Assembly (NCBI GenBank): GCA_026710875.1
Contig: JAPOQE010000107.1
Location: forward strand, 6,208 to 70,207
Source of the DNA: Gammaproteobacteria bacterium
Lineage (GTDB): Bacteria > Pseudomonadota > Gammaproteobacteria > UBA4575
Direction of reading: 5' to 3'
Length of the DNA stretch: 64,000 bases
Under the pieces are notes generated by a model. That model saw nothing but the letters and a program-made list of their open reading frames with translations, made no database searches and was not told the DNA's origin. Shown one piece after another: positions 52,156 to 62,788 of the stretch (position 1 is the stretch's first letter; the number at the start of each line of letters is the position of its first letter). Made by a program: the position numbers and the translations under genes.

Positions 52156-54516
52156 TCAACCGCTGTATTTTGAAAGGTGCATCCAGGTACCAATCACAGA
52201 GTCCGGGTTCAACGAGATGCTGTCAATGCCCTGCTCAACCAGCCAATACGCAAAATCCGGGTAATCCGAGGGCCCCTGTCCACAGATGCCCACATACTTC
52301 TCTTCTTTCCGACATGTTCGGATTACCTTGCCAATCAAGGACCTGACAGCCGCATTCCTTTCGTCGAACTGCCCGGCTACAAGCTCCGAGTCCCGATCGA
52401 GTCCCAGCGTCATTTGTGTAAGATCATTTGAACCAATTGAAAATCCGTCGAAATGGCGCAGAAATTCTTCGGCCAGTATCGCGTTTGAAGGGACCTCGCA
52501 CATCATCACCACCTTGAGCCCGTTTTCCGAGCGCTTCAATCCATGTTCAGCCAGCAACGCAGTCACTCGCTCAGCCTCCTCGAGAGTACGTACAAAGGGC
52601 ACCATGATCTGGATGTTTGAAAATCCCATCTCATCGCGGACGATGCGCAAAGCACGACACTCCAGTTCAAAACAAGGTGCAAACTGCTCTGAAAGGTACC
52701 TTGAAGACCCACGGTACCCGAGCATTGGATTTTCTTCCGAAGGCTCATACAGATTTCCACCCAGCAAATTTGCATATTCATTGGACTTGAAGTCCGACAA
52801 TCGGACGAGGACAGGCTTGTCTTCAAATGCAGTCGCCAAGGTCGCAATGCCCTCCGTCAGCTTTTCCACATAGAAAGACTCTGGATCCTCATAGGCAGTA
52901 CATCGTTCACCAATAGCCGCCTTGAGTTCACCTGGAAGCAGGTCAAAATCAATCAGTGCACGTGGATGCACACCGATCGTCTTGTTGATCATGAATTCCA
53001 GGCGGGCAAGACCGACACCGGCATTGGGGGTCTGTGAAAAAAGAAAGGCCTGCCCGGGATCGCCGACATTGAGCATGATCCTGCATGGAATGTCAGGCAT
53101 GCTGTCCAGTCGGGTTTTACTGATCTCAAATTCAAGCCTGCCGTCATACACATAACCTGTATCCCCCTGTGCACAGGATACGGTGATCTCCTGTGCTGTC
53201 TGCAGGGCGCGTGTGGCCTCCTCGCACCCGACGATGGCTGGCACACCCAGTTCACGTGCAATGATCGCCGCATGGCAAGTACGCCCGCCACGATTGGTAA
53301 CGATGGCTGCTGCGCGTTTCATTACAGGCTCCCAGTGAGGGTCTGTCATGTCCGTGACCAGTACCTCGCCCGCCTGCAACTGCCCAATTTCCTGCAACGA
53401 AGGTATGACTCTGGCCGTGCCTGCACCAATGCGCTGTCCAATGCTTCGGCCACTCACCAGCACCTGTGACGTTTCTTTCAGCAGGTATTTCTCGATCACT
53501 TTTCGTTCTATGCTCTGCACGGTTTCAGGGCGAGCCTGCACGATGTACAGTTTCTCGTTAACTCCATCCTTGGCCCATTTGATATCCATGGGCCGCTGGT
53601 AATGCTGCTCGATCAGAACTGCCATCCTTGCAAGAGCCTCTACCTCAGCATCGGTGATACAAAAAAGGTTCTGCTGGGATCCCGGCACATCTACGGTTTC
53701 CGTGCCACTGCCTGAATTCCTGTAGATCATCTTCTGCAACTTACTGCCACAGGTGCGCCGGATGATGGCAGGGTGCTTACGGGCAAGGGCAGCCTTTGCA
53801 ACATAAAACTCGTCAGGATTTACCTGGCCCTGAACAATGGTTTCCCCGAGCCCATAACCGGCGGTAATAAACACCACCTCTCTGAAGCCCGATTCTGTAT
53901 CCAAGGTAAACATCACTCCGCTGGCGGCCAAATCGCTGCGGACCATCTGCTGAATACCGGCGGAAAGTGCAAGCCCATCATGCCCGAATCCCTTTTCTTC
54001 GCGGTATGCAATCGCACGGTCGCTGAACAGGGATGCGAAGACTTGCTTGACCGCAGCCAGCACATCTGAGATTCCACGCACATTCAGATAGCTCTCCTGC
54101 TGACCTGCAAAAGAGGCTTCAGGCAGATCTTCGGCCGTGGCAGAAGAGCGGACGGCTACAGCGACATCCGGCTGGGTACTAGCCTAGAGCTCCCGGTAAG
54201 CCTTGGTGATCCCGGCATGCAGCTCATCAGGCATCTCGGCGCCAAGTATCCATGTGCGTATATTCATCCCCGCCCGGGTCAGCTCGGAAATTTCTTCCAC
54301 ATCCGTGGCCTCTAGTTGGTCTGCAATTTTCTGGGTCAAGCCATTGGCAGCCAGATACATGTGAAATGCTTCCGATGTCGTTGCGAATCCACCGGGTACT
54401 TGCACACCTAGCGTGTCCAGGTTCTGAATCATCTCACCCAAAGAGGCATTCTTGCCTCCCACCAAAGGCCCATCCTCAGCACCGACTTCACTGAGATTGA
54501 TCGTATAACGGTTCAT
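52156..54516 (-). pseudogene. ppsA: phosphoenolpyruvate synthase interrupted by a single in-frame TAG (54184-54186)
   Basis: ORFs 54184..54552 and 52156..54081 share one frame. Translating through the TAG gives ...[58 protein letters not shown], collinear with E. coli PpsA (..[40 protein letters not shown]..). Likely start is MNRYTINLSEVG. Confidence 0.8.
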
Positions 54517-54534
54517 ATCGGGTATATTTACAAC

Positions 54535-55398
54535 ATGCTCACAAAAAAACAAAATGTGTTTTTTATTTCAGACAGCACAGGGATCACCATCGAATCGCTG
54601 GGCCAGTCCCTGTTTGCGCAGTTTCCGGGCACTGAATTCATCAAAACGGTCTATCCATTTGTCTCTAGTGAACAGGAGGCGCGGCGCGTTATTGCGCACA
54701 TCAAAACCATCATGGATTCAGAACCTACACCACCCATCGTGTTCACCAGCCTAGCGGACAAGTCCCTTACCAACCTCTTCTTATCTCATGACATTCCGGT
54801 GCTGGATATTTTTTCTACGTTCATCCCACTACTGGAATCGCGGCTGGGCATGAATGCTTCGCATACGGTGGGCGAAACTCATGGAGTGGGCAGCCCGCTG
54901 AAATATGTGCAGCGCATCGAAGCACTGGATTTTACGCTCAACCACGATGATGGAACAAAAATTTCTGATTTGGAGAATGCAGATATCGTGCTCACCGGAG
55001 TGTCGAGAAGCGGGAAAACGCCAACCTGTCTCTATCTAGCCATGCATTACAACCTCAAGGCTGCGAATTATCCACTGGCAGATGCCGACTTTGAAAGCAG
55101 CTTACTTCCCGGAGCAATCGCGGGCGTTCAGGACCATCTGTTCGGACTTACCTTGTCACCCGGTGAATTGCATAAAATCCGCCAGGAAAGGAGACCAAAC
55201 AGCCAGTATTCCTCATTGGAGCAATGTGAGTTCGAAATACGCCGCGCAGAAGCAATTTTCAGGGCTGCCAATATACCCTTCCTGGACAGCACTTCCATCT
55301 CGATCGAAGAAATTGCAACGGCCATCCTGCAGCGCCTGAAACTGAGAACGCGGACAAGCGACAGCCAACCCTTCTCAAGTCAGTCAGCCACCCAGTAA
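54535..55398 (+). CDS. ppsR: PEP synthase regulatory protein (bifunctional kinase/pyrophosphorylase)
   Basis: 287 aa; VFFISDSTGIT and GVSRSGKTP P-loop; divergent from ppsA. Confidence 0.85.
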   Translation: MLTKKQNVFFISDSTGITIESLGQSLFAQFPGTEFIKTVYPFVSSEQEARRVIAHIKTIMDSEPTPPIVFTSLADKSLTNLFLSHDIPVLDIFSTFIPLLESRLGMNASHTVGETHGVGSPLKYVQRIEALDFTLNHDDGTKISDLENADIVLTGVSRSGKTPTCLYLAMHYNLKAANYPLADADFESSLLPGAIAGVQDHLFGLTLSPGELHKIRQERRPNSQYSSLEQCEFEIRRAEAIFRAANIPFLDSTSISIEEIATAILQRLKLRTRTSDSQPFSSQSATQ

Positions 55399-55440
55399 AA
55401 GCACTTTCCTTGCTGGATAAATTGTTAGAACCTGTGGCCC

Positions 55441-56361
55441 TCAGAAATGGTAACGGAAACCAATTTCTATGAACTGGACATCGAAGTCGGTTTTCGTGTT
55501 CACCGTATTGCCAAAAGGATTACTCCTGCCCTTGAATTTCAGGTCGTCGGAGGTCTGGTACCGATAACCCAAGCGTAACACGAGGTTGTCCTTGAACTGA
55601 TAGCTGACTCCTGCAGCCGCCTGATAGGCAAACACCGTGTCAGTCGTAGAGACACTGGGTGCGTAACCCTGTGGAAGCTGTAACCGGGGGTCATTCATTA
55701 CACCCATAAGCAAGGCCTCCCGGGGCACTCCTGGGTTTGCTGCTTGAGCCTGTATAACAGCCACCTCATTAGCTACGTGCTGCGCAAGAGCATTGTCGTC
55801 ATACTTGACATCACCGAAGTCAACTTCAATAACACCGACACCGACACCAATATACGGTGTCCACTTGGAACCCAGGTCAATGTCATACCACAGGTTCAAC
55901 ATGGCCCCTACCTGTTCTGCTGAACCGGATACCGGAGGGCGTGCTTCCTCTGAAATATTAAACGTCACTGGTTGGGGGCCCTGAATAGTGGTGCTTACAT
56001 CGCTGTAGATGAGCTTATCTACATCAGCCTCCGAGTAAAAAAGCTCAAGCTCAACGCGGACATTGGAGCCAAGCTCATAACCGATGACACCTTCCAGCTT
56101 AAAGCCTGTATCGTATTTGTTGACAGCTTTCCCCCGGTATGTACTAGGCGGTGTAGGCGGCATCGTTGTCGGATTGGCTGCACTGCTGCCTGTGGTGATG
56201 GTATCCGTATCGTCGATATACATCACCGGAATACTTGCCCCGACATACCAGTTGGAACCTGCAGCCCCTACTTTCGGTGCACTAATCAATAAGGAAAAAA
56301 TTACCGCTGTGACTGCGATGATTTGAATGCCTGCTCTTGCCGAGAACATGACCTGTCCCAT
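55441..56361 (-). CDS. outer-membrane beta-barrel protein (OmpA/OmpW-like porin family)
   Basis: Signal peptide MGQVMFSARAGIQIIAVTAVIFSLLISAPKVGAA; alternating amphipathic strands; C-terminal aromatic ...GFRYHF. Confidence 0.7.
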   Translation of the reverse strand: MGQVMFSARAGIQIIAVTAVIFSLLISAPKVGAAGSNWYVGASIPVMYIDDTDTITTGSSAANPTTMPPTPPSTYRGKAVNKYDTGFKLEGVIGYELGSNVRVELELFYSEADVDKLIYSDVSTTIQGPQPVTFNISEEARPPVSGSAEQVGAMLNLWYDIDLGSKWTPYIGVGVGVIEVDFGDVKYDDNALAQHVANEVAVIQAQAANPGVPREALLMGVMNDPRLQLPQGYAPSVSTTDTVFAYQAAAGVSYQFKDNLVLRLGYRYQTSDDLKFKGRSNPFGNTVNTKTDFDVQFIEIGFRYHF

Positions 56362-57250
56362 GCTACTACCCTCCCCGATCAAGCTTTTCGTTCATGCTAG
56401 CACACTGAGGCTTTGATTTTAATTGCTAACTTGCTCATCTTTAAGGAAAATCCGGCTCCAGATTTCTGACAGGATGTACAGGTATCACCGCGCGCAATGG
56501 CTTGTCCGAATGCCAGGGGTCATCTAAAAACCACACCGTGTTTAATATCCTGTCAGCAGCCTTGCAAGACTCTTCACCAGAAAGACATATCGGCACGTCA
56601 ATTTCCTTCACTTTTGGCACTCAAAGGATGGGTCATGCACAGACTGATGACAGCCGGTCAGCGTGATCGTGACGGTCGGATGCATCTTGAGATTCCCTGC
56701 CAACAGCTGGGAAGCAGCATTTTGTTGTAAATGGTTCCTATTACCAATAACATTCCGGGGAAATCTATTAACACATATTTGGCTAGAACTACGGCAATAG
56801 TTGAGCCAGGAACTTGCCTGTTTGGTCCGCACTGCGCTTCATCTCCCTTTCTGAAGATATGGTAGAATTTGCGGTTATCCATAACAGGCAGGTACCTTTT
56901 CCCGATCACTTTGGTATCTTGGCGGTCGATTGGATTTTACATAGTGTAGTATGCCCATTCTGTTGGGTAGCATGACTAGGGCAACCGTGGCTGTTACTAG
57001 CCATCAAGATGCCAATTTGCAGTTGTTGTTGATGGGATTGGGCAGCAATCCCTTGAGACTCAAACATGAGAGTGGGGAATACCCCAGCAATACAATTTTT
57101 GGTTCAATTCGTAAGCACACAGAGTAGCAGCACGATCGCCGCACAATATCCTTGTACATACTGACAGGTCAGTCACGATCTCAATCTAGCCAACTCACAA
57201 TGAGAAATTTGTTCATGTGCCATACGGTTCACAAGGGAGTCTCTTAAACA

Positions 57251-58153
57251 GTGAATGCCACCATTACAGCCGTACGTGACCAGGCAAGTGACTTTGTTGA
57301 GTTGTGCAAGCCACGGATCACCATACTTGTACTGGTCACCACGTTTACCGGGATGTGGCTGGCTGGGAATGGTGCTGTAACTTTGGATCTGATCATCTTT
57401 ACCTTGTTGGGAACAGGACTTGCATCCTCCGCAAGTGGTGCACTCAACAACTATGTAGATAGGGAAGTGGATAAGCGTATGGCGAGAACCCGCATGCGCG
57501 CATTACCCTGTTCCCGCCTGCATCCGCAGCAGGCCTTGTGGCTGGGCGTAATGTTCAGTCTGTGGTCATTTGCGATTCTTTTTTATCTGGTGAACCCCCT
57601 GACAGCCTATCTTGCAGCTGCGACAACCTATTTTTACGTGATGATCTACACCGTATGGCTGAAACGCTCATCACCCCTGTGCACTGAAATTGGTGGTGTG
57701 GCCGGTGCACTGCCGCCCGTCATTGGCTGGGTAGCGGTTACAAACGACGTGGGCTTGCCGGCATTGGCCATGTTTCTGATCATGTTCATTTGGCAGCCTC
57801 CACATTTTTGGGCACTGGCTCTCTTGCGAGCCGATGAGTACCGCCAGGCAGGGCTCCCCATGCTGCCCGTGACCAATGGGCAACAGGCCACGAAGATTCG
57901 AATGCTGCTGTACACGATCGTCCTAATTCCCGTAAGTACCACCATGTACTGGCTACAAGTGGTTGGCCCCACCTATCTTGTGCTCAGTGTTGTACTAGGA
58001 CTGGCGTATTTACTTTTGACAATAGACTTTGCACGCAAACCAATTACGCATCAAAGCACGCGCAGATTATTCGGTTTCTCTATTTTTTACTTGCTGGGAC
58101 TATTCACCCTGATATTTGTGGACTGTAGATGCAGTGGTGGAATTATTTGGTAA
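57251..58153 (+). CDS. ctaB: protoheme IX farnesyltransferase (heme O synthase)
   Basis: 300 aa; UbiA fold; NNYVDREVD motif. Confidence 0.9.
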   Translation: MNATITAVRDQASDFVELCKPRITILVLVTTFTGMWLAGNGAVTLDLIIFTLLGTGLASSASGALNNYVDREVDKRMARTRMRALPCSRLHPQQALWLGVMFSLWSFAILFYLVNPLTAYLAAATTYFYVMIYTVWLKRSSPLCTEIGGVAGALPPVIGWVAVTNDVGLPALAMFLIMFIWQPPHFWALALLRADEYRQAGLPMLPVTNGQQATKIRMLLYTIVLIPVSTTMYWLQVVGPTYLVLSVVLGLAYLLLTIDFARKPITHQSTRRLFGFSIFYLLGLFTLIFVDCRCSGGIIW

Positions 58154-58212
58154 TCCGGATGCGCACACTGCTGAATCCAGTGTAGCCGCCGTATTGTAAT
58201 GACTAAGGAGTC

Positions 58213-59574
58213 TTGAACATGGCTATGGCCATCATATTAATCTTTTTGGTAGTTGGTTCCGTTGTATTCCACTTCATGAGCCCGTGGTACTTCACGGAAA
58301 TCGCTTCGAACTGGGGAGCCATCGATACGACAGTTACGATCACCTTCATTGTGTGTGGTGTGGTTTTTGTCGCAGCCAACCTGTTCATGGCGTACTGCAT
58401 TATCAAATACCGTAACAAAGGCAAGAATCAGCGTGCCAGCTACGAACCTGAAAACAAAAAACTGGAAGGCTGGCTGACTGCAATCACCACCGTAGGAGTG
58501 GTAGCCATGCTTGCTCCCGGACTTATTGTATGGGGCAAATTTGTTTCCCCTCCGGAGAACGCTGCAATTGTAGAGGTCGTCGGGCAGCAGTGGCAATGGA
58601 GCTTTCGTTTCCCTGGCAAGGACGGGCAGCTTGGCACCTCAGACAACCGAAAGATCAGTATAGACAACCCCTTCGGGATGAATGAAGAAGATCCGTACGG
58701 ACAGGATGATGTCCTGATTGAAGGTAACGAAGTCCATATTCCGATAGGTCTGCCGATCAAGTTCCTGCTGCGTTCCAAGGATGTGTTGCACAATTTCACA
58801 GTACCGCAGTTTCGAGTGAAGATGGACCTGGTCCCTGGCATGGTTCCCTGGATATGGCTAACCCCCACGCGTCTAGGTACCTTTGAGATCCTTTGTGAAG
58901 AACTTTGTGGTATCGGTCATCACACCATGCGTGGCAAGGTCACGGTAGTCGAAGAAGAACAATTCCATGAATGGCTCGCCCAGCAACCTACCTATGCGAT
59001 GTTGGTTGCGCAACAGCCGGGTAATGCCGAAGCAGGCAAAGCCCATTACCAGGTTTGCGCGGCATGCCATGGCGTGCAGGGTGAAGGTATTCATGCACTT
59101 AATGCACCCAAGCTGAGTGGTCAGGAAGACTGGTATTTGGAACGCCAGCTGACCTATTTCAGGGACGGCATTCGAGGCTCGAACCCTAATGACCTCCTGG
59201 GTCAACAGATGGCACCGATGGCGGCAGGGCTGGTCAATGAAACCTTGATTCGTGATATCGCTGCATACGTTCAAACCTTGCCCGACGAGCCGTCGGTCCA
59301 GACAGTCCAAGGCGATGTGAAAAATGGTCGCGACTTGTACACCACTTGTGGAAAGTGTCATGGCAAGCAGGGTGAAGGACGCTGGGCAGTGAATGCACCG
59401 CGTCTTGCCGGCATGAGTGACTGGTACATGGTGACCCAGCTCAAGAATTTCAAACACGGGGTACGTGGCGCACAGCACCCGCAGGATGCTACCGGACGAC
59501 AAATGGAGTCCATGGTGCTCAGTCTGAATGATAAGAAAATCAATGACCTGGTTGCATACATCAACACTTTTTAA
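58213..59574 (+). CDS. ctaC: cytochrome c oxidase subunit II with C-terminal di-heme cytochrome c domain
   Basis: 453 aa; CuA centre H..CEELCGIGHHTM; two CxxCH sites (CAACHG, CGKCHG). Confidence 0.9.
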   Translation: MNMAMAIILIFLVVGSVVFHFMSPWYFTEIASNWGAIDTTVTITFIVCGVVFVAANLFMAYCIIKYRNKGKNQRASYEPENKKLEGWLTAITTVGVVAMLAPGLIVWGKFVSPPENAAIVEVVGQQWQWSFRFPGKDGQLGTSDNRKISIDNPFGMNEEDPYGQDDVLIEGNEVHIPIGLPIKFLLRSKDVLHNFTVPQFRVKMDLVPGMVPWIWLTPTRLGTFEILCEELCGIGHHTMRGKVTVVEEEQFHEWLAQQPTYAMLVAQQPGNAEAGKAHYQVCAACHGVQGEGIHALNAPKLSGQEDWYLERQLTYFRDGIRGSNPNDLLGQQMAPMAAGLVNETLIRDIAAYVQTLPDEPSVQTVQGDVKNGRDLYTTCGKCHGKQGEGRWAVNAPRLAGMSDWYMVTQLKNFKHGVRGAQHPQDATGRQMESMVLSLNDKKINDLVAYINTF

Positions 59575-59661
59575 CCGGGCGACCAATTCCACAACCCTAT
59601 TTGAAGACAAGACACGAAACGAATACAGTACCGGATAGCATACCGATGAGGAGAAGCCAGA

Positions 59662-61410
59662 ATGGCACACGTTGCATTAGCTGATAAAGAGCAAGAACTT
59701 GCCCATCCGAAGACATGGATTGGTATGTATGTCTGGAGCCAAGATCACAAGATCATCGGCATCCAGTACATCATAACCGCTACTGCTGTCGGAGTGATTG
59801 CCCTGATCCTGTCTGGCCTGATGCGATTACAACTGGGTTATCCGGGAGTGTTTGACTTTATACAGCCTGACGAATACTACCAGGCGGTGACCATGCACGG
59901 CATGATCATGATTGTCTTCATGCTGACCGCATTTTTCCTGGGTGGGTTCGGCAATGTCCTTGTGCCGCTGATGTGCGGAGCGCGCGACATGGCCTTCCCA
60001 TACATGAATATGCTGAGCTACTGGGTGTACCTGTTGTCAGTCATCGTGGTATGTGCGAGTTTCTTTGTCCCTGAAGGACCGACCGGTGCAGGCTGGACCT
60101 TGTACCCTCCACAGGCAATTACTGAAGGTACGGCGGGTGCTGACTGGGGCATCATCTGCATGACCGTATCGCTCGGCTTGTTTGTTGTTGCGTTCACCAT
60201 GGGTGGGCTGAACTATGTCACGACTGCATTCCAGGCACGCACACGGGGCATGACCCTGATGCGTATGCCCTTGTCTGTCTGGGGCATCATCATGGCTACA
60301 ATCCTGGGTTTACTGGCCTTCCCGGCACTGCTCGTCAGCGTCATCATGATGACGCTCGACAAGACTCTGGAGACCAGCTTTTTCATGCCGGCAATCTCTT
60401 CGCTGGGCGAGAACCTGTCACATGAAGGAGGAAGTCCGATACTGTTTCAGCACCTCTTCTGGTTCTTTGGCCATCCTGAGGTTTACATCGTGGCGCTACC
60501 AGCATTCGGAATCGTTTCCGACCTGATCAGTACACACGCCCGCAAAAACATCTTTGGCTACCGCATGATGGTCTGGGCGATCGTTGCCATCGGAGGCCTG
60601 AGCTTCATCGTATGGGCGCACCACATGTACGTCAGTGGAATGAACCCGTACTTCGGCTTTTTCTTTGCCACTACAACACTGATCATTGCAGTCCCGACGG
60701 CGATCAAGGTATACAACTGGGTGCTTACCCTTTGGCGTGGGAATATACATCTTACGGTGCCCATGCTGTTTGCGATCGGTTTTATCTTTACCTTCATCCA
60801 TGGGGGAATAACGGGACTGTTCTTGGGAAATGTAGTTGTGGATGTGCCACTTTCTGACACCTACTTCGTAGTCGGCCATTTCCACATGGTGATGGGTGTG
60901 TCCCCCTTCCTGGTCGTATTTGGAGGAATCTATCACTGGTTCCCCCTGCTCACCGGGCGGATGCTCAATGACACGATGGGGAAAATCCATTTCTGGGTGA
61001 CCTTCCTGGGCACCTATGCGATTTACCTGCCCATGCACTACATCGGCATACTGGGTGTGCCCCGCAGGTATTACGCCAACGGTACCACGGAATTCCTGCC
61101 GGATAGCGTACAGTCAGCGAACGTCAGTATTACCATAGCTGCATTGGTTGTTGCAGCCGCCCAGTTCCTGTTCCTGATCAATATCTTCTGGAGTATTTTC
61201 AAAGGCAGAAAGTCAGCGCGCAACCCATGGCGTGCAACCACGCTTGAATGGCAAACTGCGGATTACCCTCCAAAGCACGGAAACTGGGGCAAGGAGCTGC
61301 CTGTGGTATATCGCTGGGCATACTCCTACAGTGTCCCTGGCGCCAAGGAAGATTTCATTCCGCAAACCGAAACCCCCAGCCGGTACACAAAAGGTGAAGG
61401 CGACGTTTAG
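59662..61410 (+). CDS. ctaD: cytochrome c oxidase subunit I
   Basis: 582 aa; 12 TM helices; conserved His ligands (WFFGHPEVY, HHMY..G). Confidence 0.95.
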   Translation: MAHVALADKEQELAHPKTWIGMYVWSQDHKIIGIQYIITATAVGVIALILSGLMRLQLGYPGVFDFIQPDEYYQAVTMHGMIMIVFMLTAFFLGGFGNVLVPLMCGARDMAFPYMNMLSYWVYLLSVIVVCASFFVPEGPTGAGWTLYPPQAITEGTAGADWGIICMTVSLGLFVVAFTMGGLNYVTTAFQARTRGMTLMRMPLSVWGIIMATILGLLAFPALLVSVIMMTLDKTLETSFFMPAISSLGENLSHEGGSPILFQHLFWFFGHPEVYIVALPAFGIVSDLISTHARKNIFGYRMMVWAIVAIGGLSFIVWAHHMYVSGMNPYFGFFFATTTLIIAVPTAIKVYNWVLTLWRGNIHLTVPMLFAIGFIFTFIHGGITGLFLGNVVVDVPLSDTYFVVGHFHMVMGVSPFLVVFGGIYHWFPLLTGRMLNDTMGKIHFWVTFLGTYAIYLPMHYIGILGVPRRYYANGTTEFLPDSVQSANVSITIAALVVAAAQFLFLINIFWSIFKGRKSARNPWRATTLEWQTADYPPKHGNWGKELPVVYRWAYSYSVPGAKEDFIPQTETPSRYTKGEGDV

Positions 61411-61413
61411 ATT

Positions 61414-62079
61414 ATGACTGCGACACTGATAGTATTGGCCCTGATCATGGGGGGCGTAGTGTTCTGGCTCATCTACCAGACCATCAATGTCCATCCCTGG
61501 GCGGAAGAAGGCCCCATCGGCCAACACCATGCCGGTGGAGCGTACTCCATCCCTGCAGCAAAAATTGGTCTCGTCGTGTTCCTTTGTGTCGCGACTTCAC
61601 TGTTTTCGCTATTTGTCAGCGCCTATTTTCAGCGCATGGACTTCAGTGACTGGCGCCCGCTGGCAGAGCCGGACATCCTGTGGCTTAACACTGCCTTTTT
61701 GATCTTAGGAAGCCTGTTCTTTCAACGCGCACGTAATGCGGCAGTGGGAAGTCAGGTCGATGGTGTACGAAACAACTTGCTGATTGCAGGACTGTTAACC
61801 TTTGCCTTCATTGCAGGACAACTGTGGGCTTGGCAAGGATTGCAAGAACACGGTTACTTCCTTTCTGCAAATCCTGCCAATTCCTTCTTCTATGTGTTAA
61901 CGGCAATACATGCATTACACATACTGGGCGGACTTTGGGTCTGGAGTAAAACGGTTTTCAGGATACAGAACAAAACAGAAATATATCAGGTTCGAATGAG
62001 CGTTGAGCTCTGTACCATTTACTGGCATTTTCTGCTGCTGGTTTGGTTAGGCCTGTTTGCGTTACTGCTATCTACCTAA
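61414..62079 (+). CDS. ctaE: heme-copper oxidase subunit III family protein (first copy)
   Basis: 221 aa; C-terminal YWHFLLLVWLGLF block typical of subunit III. Confidence 0.7.
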   Translation: MTATLIVLALIMGGVVFWLIYQTINVHPWAEEGPIGQHHAGGAYSIPAAKIGLVVFLCVATSLFSLFVSAYFQRMDFSDWRPLAEPDILWLNTAFLILGSLFFQRARNAAVGSQVDGVRNNLLIAGLLTFAFIAGQLWAWQGLQEHGYFLSANPANSFFYVLTAIHALHILGGLWVWSKTVFRIQNKTEIYQVRMSVELCTIYWHFLLLVWLGLFALLLST

Positions 62080-62095
62080 AGAGGACAAGGAGAAC

Positions 62096-62776
62096 ATGGC
62101 ACAAAGCACAGCGGATGTAGTTGCAGCAAACGACGTCGTTACGGATCTTGTATCAGACTGGAGCGCTGAAAAAGAGGTATTCAAGGTCCACTGGGGCAAG
62201 GCCATGATGTGGATCTTCCTCCTGAGTGACACCTTTATCTTTACGTCTTTCCTGACGGGCTATATGAAGGTGCGCATCAGCTCCACCGTGCCTTGGCCGA
62301 ATTCCAGCGAGATCTTTGCCCTGAGCTTCGGCGGGGATCCGATTCCACTGATCCTGATTGCGATCATGACCTTCGTCTTGATCACGAGCAGCGGCACCAT
62401 GGCATTGGCCGTGAACTACGGGTACCGCAAAGATCGTATGAAAGCTGCTGTCCTGCTCCTGATTACGGCTGGCTTTGGCCTGATGTTTGTTGGCATGCAA
62501 GCCTTTGAGTGGACCAAGCTAATTGTTGATGAAGGAGTTCGCCCGTGGGGGAATCCGTTTGGTGCTGCCCAGTTCGGTGCTTCCTTTTTCATGATCACCG
62601 GTTTTCACGGATTACACGTAAGTGGTGGTGTGATCTATCTGACGTACGTGGCCGTTGGTGTCCTGAACGGGCGCTATGAGAAAAAGGGTTACGACATCAT
62701 TGAGATCGCGGGTCTGTACTGGCACTTCGTTGATCTGGTCTGGGTATTTATTTTCGCATTCTTTTATCTTTGGTAG
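62096..62776 (+). CDS. ctaE: cytochrome c oxidase subunit III (second copy)
   Basis: Start trimmed to MAQSTADV; FFMITGFHGLHV and YWHFVDLVWVFIF blocks. Confidence 0.8.
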   Translation: MAQSTADVVAANDVVTDLVSDWSAEKEVFKVHWGKAMMWIFLLSDTFIFTSFLTGYMKVRISSTVPWPNSSEIFALSFGGDPIPLILIAIMTFVLITSSGTMALAVNYGYRKDRMKAAVLLLITAGFGLMFVGMQAFEWTKLIVDEGVRPWGNPFGAAQFGASFFMITGFHGLHVSGGVIYLTYVAVGVLNGRYEKKGYDIIEIAGLYWHFVDLVWVFIFAFFYLW

Positions 62777-62788
62777 GGGACAACAATC

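Noticed and set aside
54184-54552. 122-aa ORF called as a separate gene
   Set aside because: It is the N-terminus of ppsA (GGKNASLGEM block), in the same frame as 52156..54081 and separated only by one TAG; it is not an independent gene.
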